Part shown: piece after piece, positions 17,944 to 28,200 of the stretch
How the letters are laid out: every line of letters begins with the position of its first letter
Numbering within the stretch: the first letter of the stretch is position 1
Assembly: GCA_900549705.1 (NCBI GenBank)
Contig: URPI01000001.1
Coordinates: forward strand, 1-52,418
Direction: 5' to 3'
DNA length: 52,418 nt
Origin: an uncultured Eubacteriales bacterium
GTDB lineage: Bacteria > Bacillota > Clostridia > Oscillospirales > Oscillospiraceae
Notes under the pieces: model-generated
Told to the model about the DNA's origin: nothing
The model's database searches: none
Seen by the model: only the letters and a program-made list of their open reading frames with translations
Program-made: the position numbers and the translations under genes

Positions 17944-19299
17944 ATGGCAAAAACCAAGCGCATTACCGATATGACCCAGGGCAGCCCCCTGGCGCATATC
18001 ATTACCTTTACCATGCCGCTGCTGGTGGGGAATCTGTTTCAGCAATTCTACAATCTGGTGGATTCCATCGTGGTGGGCAACTACGTTGGCGCGGATGCCC
18101 TGGCGGCGGTGGGCACCTGCGGCAGCCTGGGCTTTCTGTTCTTTTCCCTCAGCTCCGGCCTGGCTGTCGGCATTGGTATTTTGGCCGCCCAGTATTTTGG
18201 TGCCCGGGACACGGAGAAAATCCGCGCCACCATTGCAAACGCTACCTATATTCTGCTCTTGGCCGGCACGGCGGTCAGCCTCTTTGGCTTCTTTGGTGCC
18301 GGTTGGCTGCTGCATTTGCTGCAAGTGCCGAAGGACATTTTCCCCATGTCCCTGTCCTATCTGCGGGTGACCAGCCTGGGCATTGTGGCGGTGGCGCTGT
18401 ATAACGGCGTGGCATCCCTGCTGCGGGCATTGGGGGATTCCAAGTCCCCGCTGTACTTTTTGATTTTCTCCTGCTTTTTGAACATTGTGCTGGATTTGCT
18501 GTTCGTGTTGAAACTGAACATGGGCGTGTTCGGTGTGGGGCTGGCAACAGTGATTTCTCAGGCGGTTTCTTTCCTGGTGAGCATGGTCTATGCAATGACC
18601 AGGGTTTCCTATTTCCGGCTCAGCCCCCAGGAGTGGAAGCCTCAGAAGCAGATTATCCGCCGCTGTATGGAGCTGGGCATCCCCATGGCGCTGCAAAGTA
18701 CCCTGATTTCCCTGTCCACCATGGTGCTGCAAGGGGTGGTCAACGGCTTCGGACAGACGGTGATGGCGGCCTATACCGTGGTGGGCAAGGTGGAGCAGCT
18801 GGTGCAGATGCCCTATTCCTCCCTATCCACTGCCATCACCAGCTTTGCCGGGCAGAACAAAGGCGCGGGGAAGATTGACCGGGTAAAGCAGGGCTACAAG
18901 GTCAGCTGGCTGATTGTGCTGGGGCTGAGCCTGGCGCTGATTCCCTTTTTCTTCCTGCTGGGCAGATGGACGGTGAGCTGCTTCGTGGGGGATGCGGATG
19001 TTATTGCCATGGGCGCAACGGCACTGAAGATTGACTGCCTGTTCTACTTCCCCCTGGGCATGATTTACATTCCCCGGGGCTTGCTCAACGGCTGCGGCGA
19101 TGCCCGGTTCTGCCTGATGAACGGCATCAGTGAGGTTATCTGCCGGGTGGTGTTTGCCGCCATCCTGACCCGGATTCCCGGGGTGGGCTATTGGGGCGTG
19201 TGGCTGACCGAGGGACTGACCTGGGGTGTTACCAGCATCGTGTGCGTCCTGCGTTACCGCAAGGGTGGCTGGCAGCATTTGACCTTGGTGCAGGAATAA
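17944..19299 (+). CDS. MATE family efflux transporter
   Basis: DMTQGSP..FTMPLLVGNLFQQFYNLVDSIVVG, LRALGDSKSPL; about 12 TM segments. Confidence 0.92.
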   Translation: MAKTKRITDMTQGSPLAHIITFTMPLLVGNLFQQFYNLVDSIVVGNYVGADALAAVGTCGSLGFLFFSLSSGLAVGIGILAAQYFGARDTEKIRATIANATYILLLAGTAVSLFGFFGAGWLLHLLQVPKDIFPMSLSYLRVTSLGIVAVALYNGVASLLRALGDSKSPLYFLIFSCFLNIVLDLLFVLKLNMGVFGVGLATVISQAVSFLVSMVYAMTRVSYFRLSPQEWKPQKQIIRRCMELGIPMALQSTLISLSTMVLQGVVNGFGQTVMAAYTVVGKVEQLVQMPYSSLSTAITSFAGQNKGAGKIDRVKQGYKVSWLIVLGLSLALIPFFFLLGRWTVSCFVGDADVIAMGATALKIDCLFYFPLGMIYIPRGLLNGCGDARFCLMNGISEVICRVVFAAILTRIPGVGYWGVWLTEGLTWGVTSIVCVLRYRKGGWQHLTLVQE

Positions 19300-19401
19300 T
19301 GGCAGAGGCGGACACTTGTCCATGTGCGATAAACTTTTCAGCAGATTTGTGTAAAAAGGTGTGCGACCATACAAAAAAAGGCATTTTGCAGGAAAAACAA
19401 A

Positions 19402-19430
19402 TTGACATTGCAAAATTGCCGGAGTAAAAT
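19402..19430 (+). promoter_or_regulatory. sigmaA promoter of gltBD
   Basis: TTGACA-17-TAAAAT. Confidence 0.75.
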
Positions 19431-19472
19431 GTTCGTATATAGGCTGTTGGCTTTTATATACGAACACAAAGA

Positions 19473-19527
19473 GCGACAAGGACGTTGCTTGTGGGTTTTC
19501 CTATGAGCGTCCCTTGTCGCCTTTTTC
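19473..19527 (+). promoter_or_regulatory. Leader attenuator: ANTAR-type hairpin overlapping a terminator
   Basis: GCGAC-[AAGGAC]-GTTGC hairpin, mutually exclusive with the terminator gcgacaaggacg...cgtcccttgtcgc-cttttt. Confidence 0.6.
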
Positions 19528-19581
19528 ATCCGATTGAGCAGTACGCCAACTGTTCAAAACAAGTAAGAAAGGGGAACGACC

Positions 19582-22500
19582 ATGAATCGTACCTTGTATT
19601 CAGAGCAATTTGAGCATGATGCCTGCGGCATCGGTGCAGTTGTCAGCATTGACGGCATTGCCAGCCATCAGATTGTTTCCGATGCCCTGACCATTGTGGA
19701 GCGGCTGGAACACCGCGCCGGAAAGGATGCCACCGGCGAGGTGGGCGACGGCGTTGGTGTGCTGCTGCAAATCTGCCACCCCTTCTTTGCAGAGCTGGGC
19801 TTCTCCCTCGGAAAGAAGGGGGACTATGGTGTTGGTATGTTTTTCTTCCCCCAGGACAGCCTGAAACGCCGGGAGGCGCAGAAGCTATTGGAGGTGGTGT
19901 GCCGCAAGGAGGGTGTGCCCTTTTTGGGCTGGCGGCAGGTTCCTGTTGCGCCGGGGGTACTGGGTGCCAGAGCGCGGGAGTCCATGCCCTCCATCTACCA
20001 GTGCTTTGTGGCTCGCCCCGGAGATGTCGCCCAGGGGCTGGACTTTGACCGGAAGCTGTATGTCATCCGGCGGGTATTTGAGCAGAGCTGCGATACCACC
20101 TATGTGTGCTCCTTCTCCTCCCGAACAGTTGTATATAAGGGGATGTTCCTGGTAAACCAGCTGCGGAAGTTTTACCCCGATTTGCAGCAGGACAGCTACG
20201 AAAGCGCCATTGCCATGGTTCACTCCCGATTCTCCACCAACACCACCCCCAGCTGGGAACGGGCGCACCCCAATCGACTGATTCTCCACAACGGCGAAAT
20301 CAACACCATCCGGGGCAATGCCGACCGGATGCTGGCGCGGGAGGAAACCATGCAGTCTCCCTGCATGGCAGCGGACATGGACAAGGTTCTGCCGGTGATT
20401 CGGAAAAGCGGTTCCGACTCCGCCATGCTGGACAACACCCTGGAATTTCTCATGATGAACGGCATTCCCCTGCCCCTGGCGGTGATGATTACCATCCCGG
20501 AGCCATGGCGCAACGATGCGGGAATGTCCCGAAAGAAGCGGGATTTTTACCACTACTATTCCACCATGATGGAGCCATGGGACGGCCCCGCCGCCATCTT
20601 CTTTTCCGATGGCGACATCATGGGCGCTGTTCTCGACCGCAACGGCTTGCGCCCCGCCCGGTATTATATCACCAAAGACCGGCATCTTGTTGTCTCCTCG
20701 GAAGTAGGCGTGCTGGATATCCCGGAGGAAAATATCCTCTGCAAGTCCCGCTTGCAGCCGGGCAGAATGCTCCTGGTGGACACCCTCCAGAAAAAGGTGA
20801 TTTCCGATGAGGAGTGCAAGGCCTCCTTCACAGACCGTCAGCCCTATGGCGAGTGGCTTGACCAGCATCTGGTGACCTTGGAGCAGCTGCCCGCCCCCAA
20901 CCACAAGGTGCCCATGTACCCCCAGGCATTGCGGGAGAAGCTATATAAGGCATTTGGCTATACCTATGAGGACATTAACGACGCAGTGCTGACCATGGCC
21001 AAAACAGGGTCTGAAAAGATAACCTCTATGGGGACGGACATCCCCCTGGCGGTGCTGTCCGAAAAGCACCAGCCTCTCTTTAACTATTTTAAGCAGCTGT
21101 TTGCCCAGGTCACCAACCCGCCCATCGATGCCATGCGGGAGGAAATCGTCACCGATACCACCGTTTATATTGGCTCCGACGGCAACCTTCTGGAAGAAAA
21201 GCCGGAAAACTGCCGGGTGCTGCAAATCAAAAATCCCATTCTCACCTCCCTGGAGCTGATGCAGATTCGCAACATGAAGCGCCCCGGCTTCAAGGTAGAG
21301 ACGGTGAGTCTGCTATACTATAAAAATGCCTCCCTGAAAAATGCCGTGGATCGGCTGTTTGTGGAATGCGACCGTGCCTATCGGGACGGCACAAACGTCA
21401 TCATCCTCTCTGACCGGGGCGTAGACGAATATCACATGGCCATTCCGTCCCTGCTGGCGGTGTCCGCCATCGAGCAATATCTGGTGCGCACCAAAAAGCG
21501 GACGGCTGTTTCCATCATTCTGGAATCCGCAGAGCCTCGGGATGTCCACCATTTTGCAACCCTTCTGGGTTATGGTGCCCGCGCCATCAACCCCTATCTC
21601 GCCCAGGAGTGCGTGGCGGAGTTGGTGGAGAAGAACCGGCTGGATAAGGATGTGTATCAGGCCATCCATGACTATAATGCTGCCGTGCTTCACGGCATCG
21701 TGAAAATTGCCTCCAAGATGGGCATTTCCACCCTGCAATCCTACCAGTCCGCCCAAATCTTTGAGGCGGTGGGCATCTGCCACGAGGTGATTGACGACTA
21801 TTTCACCGGCACGGTCAGCCCGGTGGAGGGCATTGGGCTGGAGGAAATCGGCGAGGGTGTCCAGTGGCGGCATAACCACGCTTTTGACCTGCTGGATTTG
21901 GGCGTGGATACCACCCTGGATTCCACCGGAACCCACAAACTTCGCTCCGGTCCAGGGGCGGAAGACCATATGTATAACCCCCAGACCATTGTGGCGCTGC
22001 GGGAGGCCGTGCGCACCAATTCCTATGAAAAATTCCGGGAATACACCGATTTGGTGGACGACGAGCGCCGCCCCCACACCCTGCGGGGTCTGATGGAGTT
22101 CCGCTATTCCGAAGACGGCGGTGTTCCCCTGGACGAGGTGGAGCCTGCCCGGGAGATAGTCAAGCGGTTCAAAACCGGTGCCATGTCCTATGGCTCCATT
22201 TCCCAGGAAGCCCACGAGTGCATGGCCATTGCCATGAACACCCTGGGCGGCAAGTCCAACTCCGGCGAGGGCGGTGAAGACCCTGCCCGGTACGGAACCA
22301 TCAAAAACAGCGCCATCAAGCAGGTTGCCTCCGGCCGGTTCGGCGTGACCAGCGCCTACCTGAACAGCGCAAAAGAGATTCAAATCAAAATGGCGCAGGG
22401 CGCAAAACCCGGCGAGGGCGGCCATCTGCCCGGCAAAAAGGTTTATCCCTGGGTGGCGAAGGTGCGCTGCTCCACCCCCGGCGTGTCGCTGATTTCGCCG

Positions 22501-24078
22501 CCGCCCCATCATGATATTTATTCCATCGAAGACCTGGCACAGCTGATCTATGACCTGAAAAACGCCAACCGGGATGCCCGCATTTCCGTTAAGCTGGTAT
22601 CCGAGGCCGGCGTTGGAACCATTGCAGCCGGCGTTGCCAAGGCCGGTGCAGGCTGCGTGCTGATTTCCGGCTACGATGGCGGCTCCGGTGCAGCGCCCAA
22701 AAGCTCCATCCACAATGCGGGGCTGCCTTGGGAGCTGGGGCTGGCAGAGGCACACCAGACCCTCATCCGCAACGGCCTGCGCTCCCGCGTCCGCCTGGAA
22801 ACCGACGGCAAGCTCATGAGCGGACGGGATGTTGCCATTGCCTGCATTCTGGGCGCGGAGGAATTTGGCTTTGCTACCGCCCCCCTGGTGACCATGGGGT
22901 GCGTGATGATGCGGGTGTGCAATATGGATACCTGCCCTGTGGGCATTGCCACGCAGAACCCGGAACTGCGCTGCCGCTTCCAGGGAAAGCCGGAGTATGT
23001 TATGAATTTCATGCTGTTCATTGCAGAGCAGCTGCGGGAAATCATGGCAAAGCTGGGGGTTCGGACAGTGGATGAACTGGTGGGACGGACGGACTTGATT
23101 GCCCCCCGGCAGCACCGCATTACCCACCGGGCGGACACCATCGACCTGAGCAGCATTCTCACGAACCTGCCCCCTGTGCATTACGAAGCCAGAGACCAAT
23201 ATAATTTCCGCCTGGAAAAAACGGTGGACGCAAAGACGCTGCTGCCCGCCTTTGAGCAGAGCTTCCGCAAGCGCAAGCCCCACACGGAATCCATCCGGGT
23301 TTCCAGCGTGAACCGGACGCTGGGCACCATCCTGGGCAGCGAGATAACGCGGCGCTTCGGGGACAGCCTGGAGGAGGATACCTACCAGGTGAATTGCCAA
23401 GGCGGCGGTGGCCAGTCCTTCGGCGCATTCATCCCCAAGGGATTGACCATCCGGCTGGAGGGCGATGCCAACGACTATTTTGGCAAGGGGCTGTCCGGCG
23501 GCAAGCTGGTGGTGAAGCCAAAGGCGGATGCCGGATTCTGCGCCAAGGACAATATCATCATCGGCAATGTGGCGCTTTACGGCGCAACCTCCGGCAAGGC
23601 GTTTATTTGCGGTATCGCCGGAGAGCGGTTCTGCGCGCGTAATTCCGGCGCGATTGCCGTGGCGGAGGGCTGCGGCGACCATGGCTGCGAGTACATGACC
23701 GGTGGCCGGGCGGTGATTCTTGGCAAGACCGGCAAGAATTTTGCAGCCGGTATGAGCGGCGGCATTGCTTATGTGCTGGACAGCGACCACGACCTCTATC
23801 TGCGGCTGAACAAGCAGATGGTGACCATCAGCGCTGTGACCGAGCGGCACGATGCCCATGAGCTGCGGCAGATGATTGAGGCTCATGTCCAGGAGACCGG
23901 CTCCGCATTCGGCAGGGAAATCCTGGCGCATTTCCCGGAATATCTGCCTAAATTCAAAAAGATTGTCCCCATTGATTACCAAAAGATGATTTCCACCATC
24001 GGCCAGATGGAGGAAAAGGGCATGGATCACGAGACGGCAACCATGGAAGCATTTTATCGCGTGAGCAAGGAGGCGTGA
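19582..24078 (+). CDS. gltB: Glutamate synthase large subunit
   Basis: EHDACGIG, HSRFSTNT, EPWDGPA, IKQVASGRFGV, QGAKPGEGG, C.....C....C 3Fe-4S motif. Confidence 0.97.
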   Translation: MNRTLYSEQFEHDACGIGAVVSIDGIASHQIVSDALTIVERLEHRAGKDATGEVGDGVGVLLQICHPFFAELGFSLGKKGDYGVGMFFFPQDSLKRREAQKLLEVVCRKEGVPFLGWRQVPVAPGVLGARARESMPSIYQCFVARPGDVAQGLDFDRKLYVIRRVFEQSCDTTYVCSFSSRTVVYKGMFLVNQLRKFYPDLQQDSYESAIAMVHSRFSTNTTPSWERAHPNRLILHNGEINTIRGNADRMLAREETMQSPCMAADMDKVLPVIRKSGSDSAMLDNTLEFLMMNGIPLPLAVMITIPEPWRNDAGMSRKKRDFYHYYSTMMEPWDGPAAIFFSDGDIMGAVLDRNGLRPARYYITKDRHLVVSSEVGVLDIPEENILCKSRLQPGRMLLVDTLQKKVISDEECKASFTDRQPYGEWLDQHLVTLEQLPAPNHKVPMYPQALREKLYKAFGYTYEDINDAVLTMAKTGSEKITSMGTDIPLAVLSEKHQPLFNYFKQLFAQVTNPPIDAMREEIVTDTTVYIGSDGNLLEEKPENCRVLQIKNPILTSLELMQIRNMKRPGFKVETVSLLYYKNASLKNAVDRLFVECDRAYRDGTNVIILSDRGVDEYHMAIPSLLAVSAIEQYLVRTKKRTAVSIILESAEPRDVHHFATLLGYGARAINPYLAQECVAELVEKNRLDKDVYQAIHDYNAAVLHGIVKIASKMGISTLQSYQSAQIFEAVGICHEVIDDYFTGTVSPVEGIGLEEIGEGVQWRHNHAFDLLDLGVDTTLDSTGTHKLRSGPGAEDHMYNPQTIVALREAVRTNSYEKFREYTDLVDDERRPHTLRGLMEFRYSEDGGVPLDEVEPAREIVKRFKTGAMSYGSISQEAHECMAIAMNTLGGKSNSGEGGEDPARYGTIKNSAIKQVASGRFGVTSAYLNSAKEIQIKMAQGAKPGEGGHLPGKKVYPWVAKVRCSTPGVSLISPPPHHDIYSIEDLAQLIYDLKNANRDARISVKLVSEAGVGTIAAGVAKAGAGCVLISGYDGGSGAAPKSSIHNAGLPWELGLAEAHQTLIRNGLRSRVRLETDGKLMSGRDVAIACILGAEEFGFATAPLVTMGCVMMRVCNMDTCPVGIATQNPELRCRFQGKPEYVMNFMLFIAEQLREIMAKLGVRTVDELVGRTDLIAPRQHRITHRADTIDLSSILTNLPPVHYEARDQYNFRLEKTVDAKTLLPAFEQSFRKRKPHTESIRVSSVNRTLGTILGSEITRRFGDSLEEDTYQVNCQGGGGQSFGAFIPKGLTIRLEGDANDYFGKGLSGGKLVVKPKADAGFCAKDNIIIGNVALYGATSGKAFICGIAGERFCARNSGAIAVAEGCGDHGCEYMTGGRAVILGKTGKNFAAGMSGGIAYVLDSDHDLYLRLNKQMVTISAVTERHDAHELRQMIEAHVQETGSAFGREILAHFPEYLPKFKKIVPIDYQKMISTIGQMEEKGMDHETATMEAFYRVSKEA

Positions 24079-24080
24079 GT

Positions 24081-25550
24081 ATGGGAAAGCCAACCGGATT
24101 TTTGGAATATAACCGAAAGATGAACGGGACGGTGGAACCGTTGGAGCGAATCACGTCCTTTGCGGAATTTCATCCGCCGCTCAGTCTGGCGGAGCGGCAG
24201 CGGCAGGCCGCCCGGTGCATGAACTGCGGTGTGCCCTTCTGCCAGTCCGGGGCGATTTTCAGCGGGATGTTCAGCGGCTGCCCGCTGAACAACCTGATCC
24301 CCGAGTGGAACGACGAGATATACAACAGCAACTGGCAGGAAGCTCTGTCCCGGCTGACCAAAACCAACAATTTCCCGGAATTTACGGGGCGGGTCTGTCC
24401 CGCGCTTTGCGAGGCGGCCTGCACCTGCGGGATGATGGGTGAAAGTGTCACGGTGAATAACAACGAGCTGGCCATCATCGAGATGGGCTTCCAGCAGGGC
24501 TGGGTTACGCCCCGGGTTCCGCCGGTGCGCAGCGGCAAAAAGGTGGCGGTCATCGGCTCCGGCCCCTCCGGGCTGGCGGTGGCAGACCAGCTGAACCACC
24601 GGGGGCACAGCGTCACGGTGTTCGAGCGGGAAAACCGCCCCGGCGGCCTGCTGATGTACGGCATCCCCAATATGAAGCTGGACAAAGGCGTGGTCGCCCG
24701 CCGGGTGCAGCTCATGGAGGCGGAGGGGGTAACGTTCCGGGTCAACACCAATGTGGGTGTGGATATTACCCCGGAGGAGCTGCAAGAGCAGTTTGACGCG
24801 ATTGTCCTCTGCTGCGGCTCCAAAACACCCCGCAGCCTCAACGTGCCCGGCGCAGATGCCCAGGGCGTTCACTTTGCAGTGGATTTTCTGACGGCAGCTA
24901 CCAAAAAGGTAATCGGGGAGACAGAATGCTTCGCCATCACAGCGGAGGGAAAGCACGTGGTGATTGTGGGCGGCGGTGATACCGGCAATGACTGTGTGGG
25001 AACCTCCATCCGCCAGGGCTGCCTGTCCGTCACGCAGCTGGAAATGATGGGGAAGCCCCCTGTTACACGGGCAGAAAATAATCCCTGGCCTCAGTGGCCA
25101 AAGGTGCTGAAAACGGACTATGGCCAGCAGGAGGCCATTGCCAAATTCGGCCACGACCCCCGGCTGTATCAGACCACCGTGAAGGAAGTGAAGGTGAATG
25201 AGGCCGGTGCGGTCGCTGCGCTGGAAATCATCCACCTGGAGCCGAAGCTGGAAGATGGCCGCATGACCATGCAGCCCGTGCCCGGAACCGAGGAGGAGCT
25301 TTCCTGTGACCTTTTGCTGATTGCCGCCGGTTTTATTGGCTGCCAGAGCTATGTGGCGGAAGCCTTCGGCCTGCCCCGGGACAACCGTGGAAATCTGGTG
25401 ACCACCGATTATCATACCCCAGTGGACGGAATTTTTGCTGCCGGCGACTGCCGCCGGGGACAGAGCCTGGTGGTGTGGGGCATTGCCGAGGGGCGCGCCT
25501 GCGCCAAGGCGGTTGACCAGTATCTCATGGGCTATACCAATATGCTGTAA
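24081..25550 (+). CDS. gltD: Glutamate synthase small subunit
   Basis: MGKPTGFLEY, RCMNCGVPFC, GSGPSG, GGGDTGNDC, AGDCRRGQSLVVW. Confidence 0.96.
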   Translation: MGKPTGFLEYNRKMNGTVEPLERITSFAEFHPPLSLAERQRQAARCMNCGVPFCQSGAIFSGMFSGCPLNNLIPEWNDEIYNSNWQEALSRLTKTNNFPEFTGRVCPALCEAACTCGMMGESVTVNNNELAIIEMGFQQGWVTPRVPPVRSGKKVAVIGSGPSGLAVADQLNHRGHSVTVFERENRPGGLLMYGIPNMKLDKGVVARRVQLMEAEGVTFRVNTNVGVDITPEELQEQFDAIVLCCGSKTPRSLNVPGADAQGVHFAVDFLTAATKKVIGETECFAITAEGKHVVIVGGGDTGNDCVGTSIRQGCLSVTQLEMMGKPPVTRAENNPWPQWPKVLKTDYGQQEAIAKFGHDPRLYQTTVKEVKVNEAGAVAALEIIHLEPKLEDGRMTMQPVPGTEEELSCDLLLIAAGFIGCQSYVAEAFGLPRDNRGNLVTTDYHTPVDGIFAAGDCRRGQSLVVWGIAEGRACAKAVDQYLMGYTNML

Positions 25551-25558
25551 AAGTAGTA

Positions 25559-25590
25559 AACAGCCGCCGGAAAGCATTCCGGCGGCTGCT
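25559..25590. terminator. Terminator hairpin between gltD and the convergent gene
   Basis: cagccgccggaa-agca-ttccggcggctg. Confidence 0.65.
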
Positions 25591-25595
25591 GCATT

Positions 25596-26084
25596 TCAAC
25601 TGTGTGACTTCCCATATTGCTGCATATAGCGCTTGGCGTAATCGGACACCCACTTTTTTTCATGGGTCAGGAACGGAGCAATTTCGGTGTCATAACCCGC
25701 TGCCCCCATTTTATACAGCGTGTAGACGCAATGTCCGCCCACGTCACGGTCGCCCAGCAGCGCCGCAATCTGCGGGGCATATTCGGCATACGCCCTTTGC
25801 CCCAGGAGCATGACAAAGCTCTCCCTTCCCCTTCCGGCATTCCGGTTTTTGCAGATGTCCAGAATTTCCGCAATCTGTGTGCGGTTCAGCTTCTTGCGTG
25901 CGGTGCGGACAAGCTGGCGAATGGCTTCCCCCTGATTCCAGAGGGCAAGCTCCTCCTCATGCCAGCCCGGAACCCCCGGAATCCCCGGGATGCCTGGCAG
26001 GTCAGGCAGGGAATGCGCTGGAATCCGGCTGTTTGCAGATGCAAGCAATGCTTGAAGGTCGGAATCAAAGGTGCTTCTGTCCAC
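25596..26084 (-). CDS. Hypothetical protein with HEAT-repeat-like C-terminus
   Basis: RBS AAGGAG; helical repeats (IAALLGDRDVGGHCVYTLYKMG, IAPFLTHEKKWVSDYA). Confidence 0.55.
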   Translation of the reverse strand: MDRSTFDSDLQALLASANSRIPAHSLPDLPGIPGIPGVPGWHEEELALWNQGEAIRQLVRTARKKLNRTQIAEILDICKNRNAGRGRESFVMLLGQRAYAEYAPQIAALLGDRDVGGHCVYTLYKMGAAGYDTEIAPFLTHEKKWVSDYAKRYMQQYGKSHS

Positions 26085-26106
26085 GGCATTTTTCTCCTTT
26101 TTGTCA

Positions 26107-26142
26107 AACCGGGGCTGTCCCTTTGCGAGACAGCCCCGGAAA
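26107..26142 (-). terminator. Hairpin after aspS
   Basis: ccggggctgtc...gacagccccgg. Confidence 0.65.
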
Positions 26143-26147
26143 CTATT

Positions 26148-27917
26148 TTATTCCTCTACCAGAGCAATGTGGACATCGTCCAGCTGCTTCTGGTCTACGG
26201 TGCTGGGCGCGCCCATCATCAAATCCTGGGCATTCTTATTCATGGGGAAGGTAATGACCTCGCGGATGCTCTCCTCACCGGTGAGCATCATAATCAGGCG
26301 GTCAACACCGGGGGCTGCACCGGCATGGGGGGGTGCGCCATAGGTAAAGGCGTTGTACATGGCGGGGAACTTGGCCTTCACGTCATCCTCACCCAAGCCC
26401 ACCATCTCGAAGGCCTTGACCATAATTTCGGGATCATGGTTCCGAACAGCGCCGGAAGCACACTCATAGCCGTTGCACACCAGGTCATACTGGTTGGCAT
26501 TGACGGCCAGCAGCTTTTCGGTATCACCCTCGGCATCCTCCAATGCTTTCAGGCCGCCCTGGGGCATGGAGAAGGGATTGTGGCAGAATTCCAGCTGCCC
26601 GGACTCCTCGCCAATCTCGTACATGGGGAAATCCACAATCCAGCACAGTGCATACTGCTCCTCATCAAAATGACCCGGCACCCGGCGACCCAGCAGGATG
26701 CGAATCACACCGGCGGTCTTCTGGGCAGCGGACTTTTTGCCGGCAGCCATGCACACGAAGGAACCGGGCTTGAGGTTCAGGCGCTCTTTCAGTGCCTCGC
26801 CGCACTCGCCCAGGAACTTGGAGATACCGCCGGTCAGGTTGCCGTTCTCGTCCACCTTGACCCAGCAAGCCTTGTTGCCGGTCTGGACTTCCACATCCGC
26901 CAAAAGCTTATCAATCCACTTACGGGGCTGGTTAAAATCATCCACCGCCACGGCCTTGACCACAGCGCCCTCGAAGGGGCCGAAGCCGCAGCCCTGCACC
27001 ACATTGGAAATGTCCTGAATTTCCAAATCAATGCGCAGGTCGGGCTTATCGGAACCGTAGCGCTCCATGGCATCGTTATAGGCAATGTGCCGCCAGGGAG
27101 CCTGCGCAACCCGCTTGTACTTACCGAATTTCTCGTAAACAGGCTGGAGCACGGTTTCCAGGGTTTCCAGCACATCCTCCTGGGTTGCAAAGGCCATTTC
27201 CATATCCAGCTGATAGAACTCGCCGGGGGTACGGTCGGCGCGGGCATCCTCATCCCGGAAGCAGGGAGCAATCTGGAAATAGCGGTCGAAACCGGAGGTC
27301 ATCAGCAGCTGCTTGAACTGCTGGGGTGCCTGGGGCAGGGCATAGAACTTGCCGGGATGGTTCCGGGCCGGAACCAGGTAGTCTCTTGCGCCCTCGGGGC
27401 TGGAGGAAGTAAGAATGGGGGTGGTGATTTCCAGGAAGCCCTGCTCGGTCATCAGGCGGCGCAGCTCGGCAACCACCTGGCAGCGCAGCACGATGTTGTT
27501 CTTCACCGCCGGATTCCGCAGGTCGAGGAAGCGGTATTTCAGGCGGGTATTCTCATCGGCATCCCGGGACTTGTTGATTTCAAAGGGCAGCTGGTTGTGG
27601 ACGCACTTGCCCAGCACCTGAATGTCAGTGGGGACAACCTCAATGTCGCCGGTGGGCAGCTTGGGGTTCTTGCTCTCCCGCTCCCGGACAGTGCCGGTGA
27701 CGGAGATGGTGGACTCCTTGTTGATGGGCTTGACCAGCTTCATCATTTCCTCGGTTTCCACAACCACCTGGGTGGTGCCGTAGTAGTCCCGCAGAACCAG
27801 GAATGCAAAATTGGAGCCGACTTCCCGGACGTTTTCCAGCCAGCCGACAATGGTAACCTGCTTGCCCACATCGGAAAGACGCAGTTCGCCGCAGGTATGA
27901 GTTCTGGATTGCTTCAT
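26148..27917 (-). CDS. aspS: Aspartyl-tRNA synthetase
   Basis: RTHTCGELR, LRDYYG, EGARDYLVP, LPQAPQ, QIAPCFRDED, GAPPHAG. Confidence 0.96.
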   Translation of the reverse strand: MKQSRTHTCGELRLSDVGKQVTIVGWLENVREVGSNFAFLVLRDYYGTTQVVVETEEMMKLVKPINKESTISVTGTVRERESKNPKLPTGDIEVVPTDIQVLGKCVHNQLPFEINKSRDADENTRLKYRFLDLRNPAVKNNIVLRCQVVAELRRLMTEQGFLEITTPILTSSSPEGARDYLVPARNHPGKFYALPQAPQQFKQLLMTSGFDRYFQIAPCFRDEDARADRTPGEFYQLDMEMAFATQEDVLETLETVLQPVYEKFGKYKRVAQAPWRHIAYNDAMERYGSDKPDLRIDLEIQDISNVVQGCGFGPFEGAVVKAVAVDDFNQPRKWIDKLLADVEVQTGNKACWVKVDENGNLTGGISKFLGECGEALKERLNLKPGSFVCMAAGKKSAAQKTAGVIRILLGRRVPGHFDEEQYALCWIVDFPMYEIGEESGQLEFCHNPFSMPQGGLKALEDAEGDTEKLLAVNANQYDLVCNGYECASGAVRNHDPEIMVKAFEMVGLGEDDVKAKFPAMYNAFTYGAPPHAGAAPGVDRLIMMLTGEESIREVITFPMNKNAQDLMMGAPSTVDQKQLDDVHIALVEE

Positions 27918-28042
27918 AATCAAAGCCTCTCTTATTTCTGATTTAACAGCATATATTCTCTCACAATCCGTCGGAAAAGTCAATCATTTTGCGCCCACTT
28001 GAAATTGTGGAAACGGAATGTTAAAATAGTATTATAAATGGG

Positions 28043-28171
28043 TTTGCCCCCGTCCGGCGCAAAGCGCCCTCGGCTCCACCTCTGGGGGAGCCCTTGGCAA
28101 AACCGGCACCCGTTTTTATTCAACCAACTGCTCAATCCTGTCAGCCGGCGGGCGGATGCTATCCGCCCCTC
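28043..28171. repeat. REP-like palindromic elements
   Basis: ggcgcaaagcgccctcggctccacctctgggggagc (reverse complement of about 19-54) and gggcggatgctatccgcccct (same as 45055-45075). Confidence 0.8.
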
Positions 28172-28200
28172 CTCCACACTCTATCATATTGAGGTTATCT

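Noticed and set aside
25886..26107. Alternative ATG frame (MPWTEAP...) behind the same RBS as the HEAT-like gene
   Set aside because: The product is short and not protein-like; the GTG frame gives a more plausible helical protein, although this was not tested
27918..28040. T-box leader for aspS
   Set aside because: A plausible promoter (TTGACT-17-GAGAAT) lies close to the start codon, and no T-box motif or leader terminator is seen
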